Source: Candidatus Woesearchaeota archaeon (lineage in GTDB: Archaea; Nanobdellota; Nanobdellia; Woesearchaeales; GW2011-AR9). From it: a stretch of DNA of 52,154 nt. A program made the position numbers and the translations under genes. Location: the NCBI GenBank assembly GCA_018670095.1, contig JABHRR010000075.1:1-52154 (forward strand), in the 5' to 3' direction. Every line of letters begins with the position of its first letter. Within the stretch, counting starts at the first letter, position 1. Shown here piece after piece: positions 1 through 9,008 of this stretch. The notes below the pieces were generated by a model. The model did no database searches, was not told the origin of the DNA, and saw nothing but the letters and a program-made list of their open reading frames with translations.

Positions 1-93
1 ATAGCTGTTTTTAGAGAAATAATTCCTTTAGAATATGTTTATCAGGGAGAAAAGATTCCTGTGATTATCTCTCCATCTTTATATCTGCTTTAA
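1..93 (+). CDS. 3' end of an unidentified ORF entering from the left edge (partial)
   Basis: Frame 1 is open from base 1 to TAA at 91-93 (IAVFREIIPLEYVYQGEKIPVIISPSLYLL*). No motif recognised. Confidence 0.25.
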   Translation: MAVFREIIPLEYVYQGEKIPVIISPSLYLL

Positions 94-137
94 TTTCAAT
101 CTTCAACTTTTTTAGAAAAAACGTTTAATAATCATTC

Positions 138-1088
138 CTAAAGATCTTCAACTTCTTTAAGTTTCTTTTTCTTATTCAACTTCGCGCCACATCTTCGGCA
201 ATGAATAGAATCTTTCTCATGCTCTTCCAATTTACATTTCTGGCAAACAATCTTTGTCTTCGTTGCTTCCATAAACAAAATCTTGATCAACTTACCTAAC
301 TGCCATGGGATTAAAGCTATTCCCGAAAGAATCATTAAGATGGTTACAATCTTTCCAGCAGGTGATAATGGGGTAACATCACCATACCCTACTGTAGTTA
401 AAGTTACGATTGAGAAATACATCGCATCCCAGATAGTGCCAACTTGTTCTGGGTTAACTTTACTTTCTACTGTCCAGATTAATCCGGAAGCGATTAAAAC
501 AATTGTAAAGACAGTCATTACAATTCTGATAATTACTAATTGTGAATCGCTAATCTTACCAAACATTGTATCTTGAGACCTGAACATTCTTTGGAATCTT
601 AACACCCGTAACATTCTAAACAATCTTAAGATTCTAAGAATTCTGAAGAAACCTAAATTCGTAGCAGAACTAAACATTGGTAAATAACTTAATATTGGTA
701 AAATTACAATTAAGTCAATTAAAGTGTAAATGTTAAAGAAATGCTTAACTTTCTTCTCTGCAACCCACATTCTGGCCGCATATTCAATAATGAAGATACT
801 AATTAATGTTATTTCAGAGATGGATAAGATTGTCCGATAAACTCCTGTTGGACCATGAGTTTCAACAATAAATAACACAATCGCTAGAAAATTGATTAAA
901 AATAATGTTCCTTCAATTAATCTTCCGTGGGTGGTAGCATAATTGTCTAAATGTAAATGTAAATATCCCTTTAAGGTGTTAACTCCTTTTTCTTCAAGTT
1001 TTTCACCTTTCTGCATGATCTTTAAATCAATAACATCTTCATCAGTAAGTTTAGAATTCTTTTTTACTACTTTTCTCCTCTTTGCCAT
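138..1088 (-). CDS. Voltage-gated-type K+ channel (6-TM, KvAP-like) with C-terminal zinc-ribbon-like tail
   Basis: ATG at 1088. S4-like Arg ladder FRILRILRLFRMLRVLRFQRMFR and pore signature TLTTVGYGD. C-terminal CQKC...CRRC. Confidence 0.85.
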   Translation of the reverse strand: MAKRRKVVKKNSKLTDEDVIDLKIMQKGEKLEEKGVNTLKGYLHLHLDNYATTHGRLIEGTLFLINFLAIVLFIVETHGPTGVYRTILSISEITLISIFIIEYAARMWVAEKKVKHFFNIYTLIDLIVILPILSYLPMFSSATNLGFFRILRILRLFRMLRVLRFQRMFRSQDTMFGKISDSQLVIIRIVMTVFTIVLIASGLIWTVESKVNPEQVGTIWDAMYFSIVTLTTVGYGDVTPLSPAGKIVTILMILSGIALIPWQLGKLIKILFMEATKTKIVCQKCKLEEHEKDSIHCRRCGAKLNKKKKLKEVEDL

Positions 1089-1103
1089 GTTATAGAAATA
1101 AAA

Positions 1104-2072
1104 TTATTTTTTCTTTTTTTTAGCTGGTTTTTTCTTAATAATTTTCTTAACAACCTTCTTTCCTTTACTTTTGCTTATCTTTTTAGGTTTATCTTTTTTT
1201 AATGGGATTATCGCTTTTCTACTAACTTTATTGAACTTTTCTAAATCTTCTAAAATGTCAGATGCAATAAAGCTGTAACCTTTTTTCTTTTTTAATAACT
1301 GATCGCCAACCCAACCATTAATGAATGATCCGGCAACAGCACTTTTGAACAAATCTTTGGTTTTAGCTAAAAAGCCAACAACTAATCCTGCCATTACATC
1401 TCCCGTGCCAGCTTTAGTCATTCCTTGATTACCTGTACGGTTGTAAGCAACTTTATTTCTGGAAATGATGATGTCTGTAGCACCTTTAACCAATAAAACA
1501 TTATTGTTTTGTAAAAAGTATCTTAAATTGCCTTGTAAAATTTCAGCTTTCTCTTTAGCATTTGCAGACTTTAATTTTGGTAATAAGAATTCTTTCCCAC
1601 TATTAACTAAAAGCATATCTAATTCTGCTTCGTGCGGTGTTAAAATTGAATTGTGGAAATCTTTGAATGACATTGATTTTAATGCATCTGCATCAACCAC
1701 TTTTAGTTTCATTGATTTTTTGATAAAGTATTGACAGAATTTATCGGCTTTTCTGGTAATTCCGTTACCTAAACAGATGGCATCAAACTTGTCGGAGTAC
1801 TTAACCATTTCTTTAGCGTTTTTAATATTGAAATTTGAACCTTTAATTTTATGAGTGATCAAATCAGTAGAGATTCTGTTAATCGTCCAGGAAACTTTTT
1901 CCGGAGCAGCAATCGTTACTGAATCACAGCCAGATCTTAATGCGGATAATCCTGCAAGTGCTACTGCACCAACATATTCTTCTGAACCGCCGATGATTAA
2001 TGCATAACCATTCTCGCCTTTGTGTGACGTTTTTTTCCTGTCCATTAACTTTTTTATTTGGTTTATATTCAT
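1104..2072 (-). CDS. ADP-dependent NAD(P)HX dehydratase / YjeF C-terminal-type carbohydrate kinase-fold protein
   Basis: GENGYALIIGGSEEYVGAVALAGLSALRSGCD and GTGDVMAGLV match the YjeF-C signature. About 45-aa Lys-rich C-terminal tail. Confidence 0.75.
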   Translation of the reverse strand: MNINQIKKLMDRKKTSHKGENGYALIIGGSEEYVGAVALAGLSALRSGCDSVTIAAPEKVSWTINRISTDLITHKIKGSNFNIKNAKEMVKYSDKFDAICLGNGITRKADKFCQYFIKKSMKLKVVDADALKSMSFKDFHNSILTPHEAELDMLLVNSGKEFLLPKLKSANAKEKAEILQGNLRYFLQNNNVLLVKGATDIIISRNKVAYNRTGNQGMTKAGTGDVMAGLVVGFLAKTKDLFKSAVAGSFINGWVGDQLLKKKKGYSFIASDILEDLEKFNKVSRKAIIPLKKDKPKKISKSKGKKVVKKIIKKKPAKKKKK

Positions 2073-2193
2073 TTTTTATCCATCTTTATAAACAACTCAT
2101 ATTTTTTATATTGTTATTTATAAAGCAGAGTTATTTTTGAGGTTTATTAATCTTTGTAATTATTGTCCGGTGAGAAATAGATGAATCCTCTCA

Positions 2194-2213
2194 TTTTCCA
2201 TAACAATTATAAA
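2194..2213 (+). promoter_or_regulatory. BRE/TATA promoter, copy 1 of an identical 20-nt module ttttccataacaattataaa
   Basis: Identical 20-mer recurs at 2741-2760. It ends 22 nt before ATG 2236. Confidence 0.6.
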
Positions 2214-2235
2214 CCTCTTTTAGATATCTAATGAT

Positions 2236-2736
2236 ATGAAACATACTTTTGCACTCATTGATGGGTTAGTGAATTTATTGAGTAAAGTTCCTCGCCAGAC
2301 TATAGAAACTGAGGACAGGAAGAGAAAAGCGTGGGAAATTTGCGAAGACTTAGTTTTACATGTTGAGGCACTTAAAAAATTAATCAAGAACCATAAAGAA
2401 GAAAAATATCTGAAAAGATTACATGCTGCTAATATCTCTAAAATCTCAGATTGGGCAGAACAAGTAACTGCGTTGTTTGACAAATTTGATTCTTTCTTAA
2501 ACACTTTAGAAAAAGATGTTAAAAAAGTGCAATACATTGTCGAAAATAAACCTGATCAATGGCAAATTCATATCCATGATCTGGCTTTTGGAGTTTATTT
2601 GTCTGGATTGCATGATGAAGAAGAAGAAATGAAAAAGTTCAGAGAAATTGCCATCTTTGAGATGCACGAACTAAACGGGATTATTTCAGCAAAACATATA
2701 GCAGAAATAGAATCAGTCTTACAATTATTAGAATGA
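2236..2736 (+). CDS. Hypothetical protein (helical, charged)
   Basis: ATG-started 166-aa ORF with its own promoter. The antisense ORF 2220..2537 is low-complexity. No motif recognised. Confidence 0.6.
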   Translation: MKHTFALIDGLVNLLSKVPRQTIETEDRKRKAWEICEDLVLHVEALKKLIKNHKEEKYLKRLHAANISKISDWAEQVTALFDKFDSFLNTLEKDVKKVQYIVENKPDQWQIHIHDLAFGVYLSGLHDEEEEMKKFREIAIFEMHELNGIISAKHIAEIESVLQLLE

Positions 2737-2740
2737 GCTT

Positions 2741-2760
2741 TTTTCCATAACAATTATAAA
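2741..2760 (+). promoter_or_regulatory. BRE/TATA promoter, copy 2 of the 20-nt module
   Basis: Identical to 2194-2213. It ends 21 nt before ATG 2782. Confidence 0.6.
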
Positions 2761-2781
2761 TAATTCTGAAATCAAAATAGT

Positions 2782-3321
2782 ATGAAAGAATATGCTTTTG
2801 ATAATGGAGAAGAAGTTAATTGGGATCTATTAGATACGGGTTTTGATTGGAACAATCCTCAAAATGCTAAGATGAATAAAGAAAGTTATCTTGATGCCCA
2901 TAAAAATTTAGTTCTCTGTTGTCATGACGTTTTGATAAATTATCGTGGTGGGATTCTTTTCGTAAAAAGAGACAACCTTCCAGCAAAAAATATTCTCTGG
3001 CCGATGGGTGGTCGTGTCTTAAAGGGCGTTCCTACTAAAGAATCTCTGAAACGAAAAGTCAAAGCAGAATGTAATTTAGAATTAGAAAATATCAAATTTC
3101 TAGGTTCTAGTAGAGTAATATTTTCTACAGATCCTTTCGGACATGGAAAAGGAACGGACTGTTTTGCATTAATGTATTCTGCTGATGGCGTTGGTGAATT
3201 GAAGTTGGACCAGTTGCATAAAGATCCAATCTTTGTAACTAAAGAAATGTATGTTGACTTGAGAGATACTCTACATCCTTATATTAGAGACTTCATGGAT
3301 AAAGTCTATACTCCAGAATAA
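2782..3321 (+). CDS. Nudix-like hydrolase (degenerate Nudix box)
   Basis: GGRVLKGVPTKESLKRKVKAECNLEL only partly keeps the Gx5Ex7REUxEExGU pattern. Confidence 0.45.
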   Translation: MKEYAFDNGEEVNWDLLDTGFDWNNPQNAKMNKESYLDAHKNLVLCCHDVLINYRGGILFVKRDNLPAKNILWPMGGRVLKGVPTKESLKRKVKAECNLELENIKFLGSSRVIFSTDPFGHGKGTDCFALMYSADGVGELKLDQLHKDPIFVTKEMYVDLRDTLHPYIRDFMDKVYTPE

Positions 3322-3357
3322 TAATACTTTTAAACTCTTCTCGGTTTTTGCTACTCT

Positions 3358-4338
3358 ATGGTTAAAAAAATAGCTACTTTAGCAGCTTTACTCGTAGGTT
3401 TATCTTCTTCTGCAATGGCAGAATCTCCTAGAGTTAATGAGTCTGGTGTTAAAGAATCTCCTTATACTATTGGCTTAGGATTTAATCTTGCTCATATTCC
3501 GGAAAGCGATGGTACAAAAGAATTTCTTACTGAAGATCGAGAAATGTTTAACAAAAGTATGCCTGTGGGAGATGACCATACTGCTTTCGGTAAATTCTTA
3601 GAAGTTGGTAATATTAAACCTTCTATAGAACTTAACGGTTCAGTAGATCTCTTTGAATTATTGGATGCGCATTTATTACCTCGGGATGGTTTGAAGATTG
3701 GTCCCTATTTTGGTTTCGGCAGTTCTCATATCTTTGGTGATGTTGTTAGCAAAAAAACTTTTGATGCTGAGATTGAACATGTCTTGTTATCTGAACCAGC
3801 TCAATTGGGTGATACACCAACAGAATGGACCCAACATTTAGATTATTTAGTTCAGTTTGGTTTGGACATGGCCTATAAAGTTCATGATTTTGGTGCAGTA
3901 GATTTTAAGTTTGGGGTTAAAGGGGGAGCGTTTTATATCAAGAGTTCATCTACTTTGGATATCTTTGTAGAATCTGAAGGACCATTTTCAGGAAAACTTG
4001 AACAAGGTGGAGAGTTATCATTAGATTGGTCACAGATGAACACTATCGCTAACACTTATCAAAGTATTATTACTGAAGCTACTAGTAAAGGTTGGGGTGG
4101 AGAAGTTTTCCCTTACGTTTCTGTGGAAACTAAGTTTGGCCCTTTCGGAATTGAATTGAAAGTAGGTTATCAACTCCAATTCCAACCAGATTTAGAAATT
4201 TCTAAAAAAAGTTCTTACGATCCTGAACGTGTTGATAAGAATGGTAAATTAACTGGTAAAGTTGAAGAGAGTACTTCTACTATTAACAATGATACTGTGG
4301 GTATTGCTGGTACTATTATGTTTAATTATCGACTTTGA
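3358..4338 (+). CDS. Secreted beta-rich protein of unknown function
   Basis: Signal peptide MVKKIATLAALLVGLSSSAMA. Gly/aromatic-rich alternating segments. Ends ...GTIMFNYRL. Confidence 0.65.
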   Translation: MVKKIATLAALLVGLSSSAMAESPRVNESGVKESPYTIGLGFNLAHIPESDGTKEFLTEDREMFNKSMPVGDDHTAFGKFLEVGNIKPSIELNGSVDLFELLDAHLLPRDGLKIGPYFGFGSSHIFGDVVSKKTFDAEIEHVLLSEPAQLGDTPTEWTQHLDYLVQFGLDMAYKVHDFGAVDFKFGVKGGAFYIKSSSTLDIFVESEGPFSGKLEQGGELSLDWSQMNTIANTYQSIITEATSKGWGGEVFPYVSVETKFGPFGIELKVGYQLQFQPDLEISKKSSYDPERVDKNGKLTGKVEESTSTINNDTVGIAGTIMFNYRL

Positions 4339-4416
4339 TGAAAATATTTATAAACAACCCTTTATATTTAATATTAAAAGAGTTTTCTGTGATAGATTAT
4401 TGAGGTAAAATAAAAA

Positions 4417-4776
4417 ATGACAAACATTGCTCAAATCTTACTTAACGAATCTGGAATTAGAGAAGCTTTAAGAGAACAATTCCCTCATCTTGATCAGCTT
4501 GAAAGTTTAGATGGCATTCAAGATTTGAGATTAACAGGGATGAAAACTCGTGCTCAGTCTTTTATTGGATTAGATTATGAAGCAACTGCTACTGAAGATT
4601 TCTATCCTCATGTTAGATCTAAACTTATTGAAAAAGGAATTGGAAGTAAAAATTCTGTCTTTGTAGATACAATTGGTTGTAAAGGAACAACTAATGAATA
4701 CGAAAAAGTTTTACTTTCATTTAGCGGTATTCATACCTCTCTAAAAGTTTACAACCCTGAATACAATAAAAAATGA
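4417..4776 (+). CDS. Hypothetical protein
   Basis: SD gaggt about 10 nt upstream of the ATG. Stop overlaps the next start (ATGA). No motif recognised. Confidence 0.55.
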   Translation: MTNIAQILLNESGIREALREQFPHLDQLESLDGIQDLRLTGMKTRAQSFIGLDYEATATEDFYPHVRSKLIEKGIGSKNSVFVDTIGCKGTTNEYEKVLLSFSGIHTSLKVYNPEYNKK

Positions 4777-5363
4777 TAGATAAACTATATCATTTCACTT
4801 CCGCTGACTGTTGGGAGCAGATCCAAAAAGATGGAGTTCTTAAACCGCTTACAGAAGTTAGTGCTGGAAAGTTATCTGATAGAGTAAAAGATGTCATTAC
4901 TGATTCTCCTTATCTTGTTGGCATACCTCCTTCTAAAGTAGAAGCTTGGAAAAAGTATGATTTAATGGAAAATCTTCTTAATCATGTTGGTAGAGGTTTT
5001 GGTATGTTTGTTGCGATCTATAGTGAAAGAAAAGAGGACCTTGTCCTTTTAGAAGTTCCCATAAATAATCCTGAAAACGCTTTTGTTAGGGAACACAAAT
5101 TCATTTCTCCAAAATATACTGCTAAGTTTGATTCTCGTTTGTTTTCTGAAATTGAAGGGATGTATGCTAGTTCAGGAATGTCTATGGCGAGTGATGAACA
5201 AATGGAAATGTGGGACCGTTTCTCTAAAGAATGGCTTGATTCTGCAGTAAGATTAACAGATTACGATGGGTCTTTTAAAGTTCCTGAACTCTATTTACAT
5301 CAAGAAACTCCGCTTGAACAAGTTGAGTTAATTAAACAGTTCAGAGCAAAAGATTTTTTTTAA
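4773..5363 (+). CDS. Hypothetical protein
   Basis: Translationally coupled to 4417..4776. 196 aa with no secure motif. Confidence 0.6.
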   Translation: MIDKLYHFTSADCWEQIQKDGVLKPLTEVSAGKLSDRVKDVITDSPYLVGIPPSKVEAWKKYDLMENLLNHVGRGFGMFVAIYSERKEDLVLLEVPINNPENAFVREHKFISPKYTAKFDSRLFSEIEGMYASSGMSMASDEQMEMWDRFSKEWLDSAVRLTDYDGSFKVPELYLHQETPLEQVELIKQFRAKDFF

Positions 5364-5402
5364 TCAGAAACATTTATTTACCCTTAAATTATTCTTCTTG
5401 AT

Positions 5403-5675
5403 ATGTCTGAAAGAACTGAAGCTTTAATGCGGATTGTTGTGGGAATAGTTTCCGGAATAATTATTGGTGTTTGGAAAATTTTTATAAAAATTCTTGTAAT
5501 TGTAAATGTCTTAATTGCTTTATTTACTGGGAAAAGAAATAAAGACGTCGCGGAATTGTGCGAGATTTGGAATACGCAATTTTATATTTTTTTAAGATAT
5601 ATGACTTTTGTTTCTAATAAAAGACCATTTCCGTTTAGTTCGTTGGAAAAGAATTTGAGCAAGTTCGGTAAATAA
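5403..5675 (+). CDS. Small membrane protein (DUF4389-like, from memory)
   Basis: Two hydrophobic helices followed by ...FVSNKRPFPF. Confidence 0.5.
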   Translation: MSERTEALMRIVVGIVSGIIIGVWKIFIKILVIVNVLIALFTGKRNKDVAELCEIWNTQFYIFLRYMTFVSNKRPFPFSSLEKNLSKFGK

Positions 5676-5734
5676 TTTTTTTAATATATGCCCACTAGAC
5701 ACGTTAATTTTAAGTTTATTTATTCGGCACTGGA

Positions 5735-5766
5735 CACACTGGTCAGGTGCGGACAAAATATATAAA
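5735..5766 (+). promoter_or_regulatory. Copy 1 of a conserved 32-nt promoter/operator module (ACTGGTCA-N4-CGGACAAA-N-TATATAAA)
   Basis: cacACTGGTCAggtgCGGACAAAaTATATAAA. Near-identical copies at 17798-17829 and 38077-38108. The TATA ends 22 nt before ATG 5789. Confidence 0.7.
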
Positions 5767-5788
5767 TAAGTTATTCTATTAAGTTTAT

Positions 5789-6661
5789 ATGGATAAAGAA
5801 ATTGTTCCAAACGATTTGATTAAAAACAAGATTTATACTATTCGTGGTTTACAAGTAATGCTTGATTTTGATCTTGCTGAACTTTACAATGTTGAAATAA
5901 AAAGGTTAAATGAGCAAGTTAAACGAAATATTGGTCGATTTCCTGATAATTTCATGTTCCAATTGACTTTTTCAGAGTATAATTCTTTAAGGTCGCAATT
6001 TGCGACCTTAGAAAGCAGAAGAGGGGAACATCGAAAATATCTTCCTTTTGCTTTTACTGAACAAGGTGTTGCCATGCTTTCAGGAGTTTTAAGAAGCAGT
6101 ACTGCTGTAAATGTGAGCATTCAGATCATGAATACTTTTGTTGCCATGCGAAAGTTCCTGCTAACTAATGCTCAATTGTTTCAAAGAATTGATCAGACTG
6201 AACAAAAGCTTTTAGAGCATGATCATAAATTTGAACAAGTTTTTAGTTTAATTGAAGATAAAAGTATAAAACCAGAGAAAGGAATATTTTTTGATGGACA
6301 AATATTTGATGCATACAAATTTGTATCTGATTTAATTAGAAGTGCTAAGAAATCAATTGTATTGGTTGATAATTACGTTGATGATTCTGTTTTAACATTA
6401 TTTAGTAAACGGGATAAAGATGTTGAAGTAAATATTTATACTAAAGAAATTTCTAAACAATTAAAATTAGATTTAACCAAATATAATTCTCAATATCCTC
6501 TGATTACTATTAAAGAATTTAAGAATTCTCATGATCGTTTTTTGATAATTGATGATAATGTTTATCACTTCGGCGCTTCATTAAAAGATCTAGGAAAGAA
6601 ATGGTTTGCTTTTTCTAAGTTTGATAAAGAAGCGTTTGGATTGTTGGAGAGGTTAGATTAA
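5789..6661 (+). CDS. ORF6N/KilA-N-type DNA-binding protein with PLD/Nuc-like C-terminal domain
   Basis: IYTIRGLQVMLDFDLAELYNVEIKRLNEQVKRNIGRFPDNFMFQLT is a typical ORF6N domain. The C-terminal HDRFLIIDDNVYHFGASLKDLGKKWFAF is assigned to a PLD-like fold by inference. Confidence 0.75.
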   Translation: MDKEIVPNDLIKNKIYTIRGLQVMLDFDLAELYNVEIKRLNEQVKRNIGRFPDNFMFQLTFSEYNSLRSQFATLESRRGEHRKYLPFAFTEQGVAMLSGVLRSSTAVNVSIQIMNTFVAMRKFLLTNAQLFQRIDQTEQKLLEHDHKFEQVFSLIEDKSIKPEKGIFFDGQIFDAYKFVSDLIRSAKKSIVLVDNYVDDSVLTLFSKRDKDVEVNIYTKEISKQLKLDLTKYNSQYPLITIKEFKNSHDRFLIIDDNVYHFGASLKDLGKKWFAFSKFDKEAFGLLERLD

Positions 6662-7251
6662 TTCTCTAATATTTTCTTTTTACCTAATCTTTCTGGAATA
6701 ATCATGGGGATATATTTATAATCTAATTCCCACGATTCTAAAAAATCTCTAAATAATTCAATTTTATCTAAAGGGATAAGAATAATTTGGTCTGATAATT
6801 TTATTCCTTCCAACTGTTGAAATATTCCTTTTGCTGAACCACGACCATTTAACGCATAATAAAATTTAGTTTTTTGTAATTTATTCCAATTAGAAAAGTT
6901 ATATTTAAACATCCCAAAGGGGATAAATCCATATTTTTTTGCTAGATTCTCATTTGTAAGTAAACTGATTGCTTCAAACAAAACACTTTCTCGGGCATCA
7001 AAAGAATCTTCTAAAATGGTGTTTTTGGTTTTAGAAACTATAGAAATATTATTAAAATATTTTTTTAATATTTCTTTAATTTCATGTTCTTGTTCTTTGT
7101 CAACTTTATTATTAAAAATGACTAAAATATCTAAATCATTTGGTTTTTCTTTTCCTTTCACTGTAGAACCAAATACTAAAATGTCATTTATTTCTTTTCC
7201 AGAAACAAATTTCTTTAGTTCATTCTTTAATTTTGTATTCTTTAAGATCAT
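6658..7251 (-). CDS. Pol-beta-type minimal nucleotidyltransferase domain protein
   Basis: ILVFGSTVKGKEKPNDLDILVIF (GS...DxD). Convergent 4-nt overlap with 5789..6661. Confidence 0.7.
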   Translation of the reverse strand: MILKNTKLKNELKKFVSGKEINDILVFGSTVKGKEKPNDLDILVIFNNKVDKEQEHEIKEILKKYFNNISIVSKTKNTILEDSFDARESVLFEAISLLTNENLAKKYGFIPFGMFKYNFSNWNKLQKTKFYYALNGRGSAKGIFQQLEGIKLSDQIILIPLDKIELFRDFLESWELDYKYIPMIIPERLGKKKILEN

Positions 7252-7439
7252 TTTCTAAACCCCTAAATCTGGCTTTGTGTAGGGTGTCTGCCGATTTTTT
7301 AAATACTAAAATTTGCTCTTTTGTAATCATGTTATACTAGCTAACGTAGGGCTTATATTTAAATCTTTCTGTTAGATGGGGTAACCAATGGCTTTCAGAA
7401 CAATAACACTTTTATATAACTTCATTAATTCTTTTTATT

Positions 7440-7652
7440 ATGGAACTAGATATGATTTTATTCCCCAGTGGAGCGAACTTAAAAGAAACCGAGAAACTGA
7501 TTAAGTATGTTGCTGCAGAATTAGATCGAAAGAACATTTCAGACCTCGGTAGAAATTATAGTAGGGATGTAATTGATCGTCTTATTGCCGGTTATGAACA
7601 TCAATCCGGAAAGGAATATGACCGCTCTAGACTGGATGTTTTAGGTTTGTGA
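7440..7652 (+). CDS. Hypothetical small protein
   Basis: 70-aa ORF with a house-type promoter (aacacttttatataac) upstream. Confidence 0.4.
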   Translation: MELDMILFPSGANLKETEKLIKYVAAELDRKNISDLGRNYSRDVIDRLIAGYEHQSGKEYDRSRLDVLGL

Positions 7653-7698
7653 TAATTGTTACATTAACTTTATATATTTCTTTATCTTTCTACTTATT

Positions 7699-7851
7699 AT
7701 GGATCTAGAAGAATCAATACGAAAAGCAAGAATGGATTTCTTAAATAAACTCCCTAAATCTAAAAGAACAGACTACGTTGAAAACATGAAGATGAGAACA
7801 GCTTTTTCTAAAGATATTTATGAACAGACTAGGTATATCAAGCAAGATTAA
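7699..7851 (+). CDS. Hypothetical small protein (50 aa, below ORF-track cutoff)
   Basis: ATG 7699 lies about 22 nt downstream of a ctttatatattt TATA. Product MDLEESIRKARMDFLNKLPKSKRTDYVENMKMRTAFSKDIYEQTRYIKQD*. Confidence 0.3.
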   Translation: MDLEESIRKARMDFLNKLPKSKRTDYVENMKMRTAFSKDIYEQTRYIKQD

Positions 7852-7922
7852 TTCAGTTTATATTCTCAAATCTCTATTTTATAGATAACATTTATATATT
7901 ACTGCTTCTCTTCAGTAGTAAA

Positions 7923-9008
7923 ATGTTAGAAAAACTAGTGAGTATGGCCATTGCAGGTTTTACTTTTTTTACACTCTCTGCTTGTGAAGATACTATTGTG
8001 AACAATTATTTTCCTGCACCGGGAAACGATATTTCTAAAGAAGAACCTTATGAAATAGATTTGCAACTAGAGGCTCATATTGATCCAGAAATTTCTTGTA
8101 TTTTAAAGACATTCATTCCAGATAAAGATAATGACGGTTATGGGATTAAAGATAATCCAAAAGAATCTTGCCAACAACTAGAAGGCTTTGTAGAATATAA
8201 AGGAAAAGTAGATTGTGATGATACTAATGAAAAAATTCATCCTGGCGGACTAGAAGTTTGTGATGGTTTAGATAATGATTGCGATTGTTTAAACCTGCCT
8301 TTAAAAGACCAAGACAGTAATGGCGATGGAGAGAAATGTTCTTTTGAAGATAATAATGTTGATGAAGGTTTGGACTGCTGTGAACCTGGAGACATAAAAG
8401 ATATGATCTATTGTCCACCTTATGATTTTGTTTTTGTAATAGATAATTCTGGTAGCATGGATTATAATGATCCCGGAAAGATTAGGTATGATGGATTACA
8501 TGAATTTGTTAATAAAATGGAAAATGATGATAGGGGTTTAGTAATTCCTTTTGCATCTTCTTACAAAGTTATAAGTTACTTCACCAATGATAATGTCACA
8601 TTACACCAATTCATCACAGAAGCTCAAGGTTCTGACGTAGGAGAATTTACTTTCATTGGTAAAGCAGTTAATGAAGCCATCTCCCAATTAATTGGTGGTA
8701 ATAATGGGAAAGCAATAATTTTACTGACTGATGGAATAACTGATGATAATGATTCTCCTGGCCCAATTGCTTTGAGTAAAGAAGCCACACAAAAAGGAAT
8801 TAGGTTATATGCACTTGGACTTGGAGAAGGGGTTGATATGGGTTACTTAGAAGATTTAGCAACATATAGTGCTGGACACTTTTTTATTAAAACTGCTAAA
8901 CAAATACCTCAAATTTATGATTCCATTTTTGAAGGTTTAAAATACAAAGAATGGAAATCCTGTACTGAGAATCATCTTTGGGTTCAAAAACTTAATGATT
9001 GTGAATGA
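7923..9008 (+). CDS. Lipoprotein with Cys-rich metal-binding-type repeat and von Willebrand A domain
   Basis: Lipobox-like FFTLSAC. DCDDTNEKIHPGGLEVCDGLDNDCD repeat. MIDAS FVIDNSGSMDYND and LLTDG. Confidence 0.8.
   Translation: MLEKLVSMAIAGFTFFTLSACEDTIVNNYFPAPGNDISKEEPYEIDLQLEAHIDPEISCILKTFIPDKDNDGYGIKDNPKESCQQLEGFVEYKGKVDCDDTNEKIHPGGLEVCDGLDNDCDCLNLPLKDQDSNGDGEKCSFEDNNVDEGLDCCEPGDIKDMIYCPPYDFVFVIDNSGSMDYNDPGKIRYDGLHEFVNKMENDDRGLVIPFASSYKVISYFTNDNVTLHQFITEAQGSDVGEFTFIGKAVNEAISQLIGGNNGKAIILLTDGITDDNDSPGPIALSKEATQKGIRLYALGLGEGVDMGYLEDLATYSAGHFFIKTAKQIPQIYDSIFEGLKYKEWKSCTENHLWVQKLNDCE

Noticed and set aside
4773-5363. The N-terminus LYHFTSADCWEQIQKDGVLKP recalls the start of DarT/DUF4433-type ADP-ribosyltransferases. 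The ATGA-coupled upstream gene would then be a candidate antitoxin.
   Set aside because: The resemblance is limited to about 20 residues. No downstream catalytic motif could be identified, and the upstream protein shows no macrodomain features.
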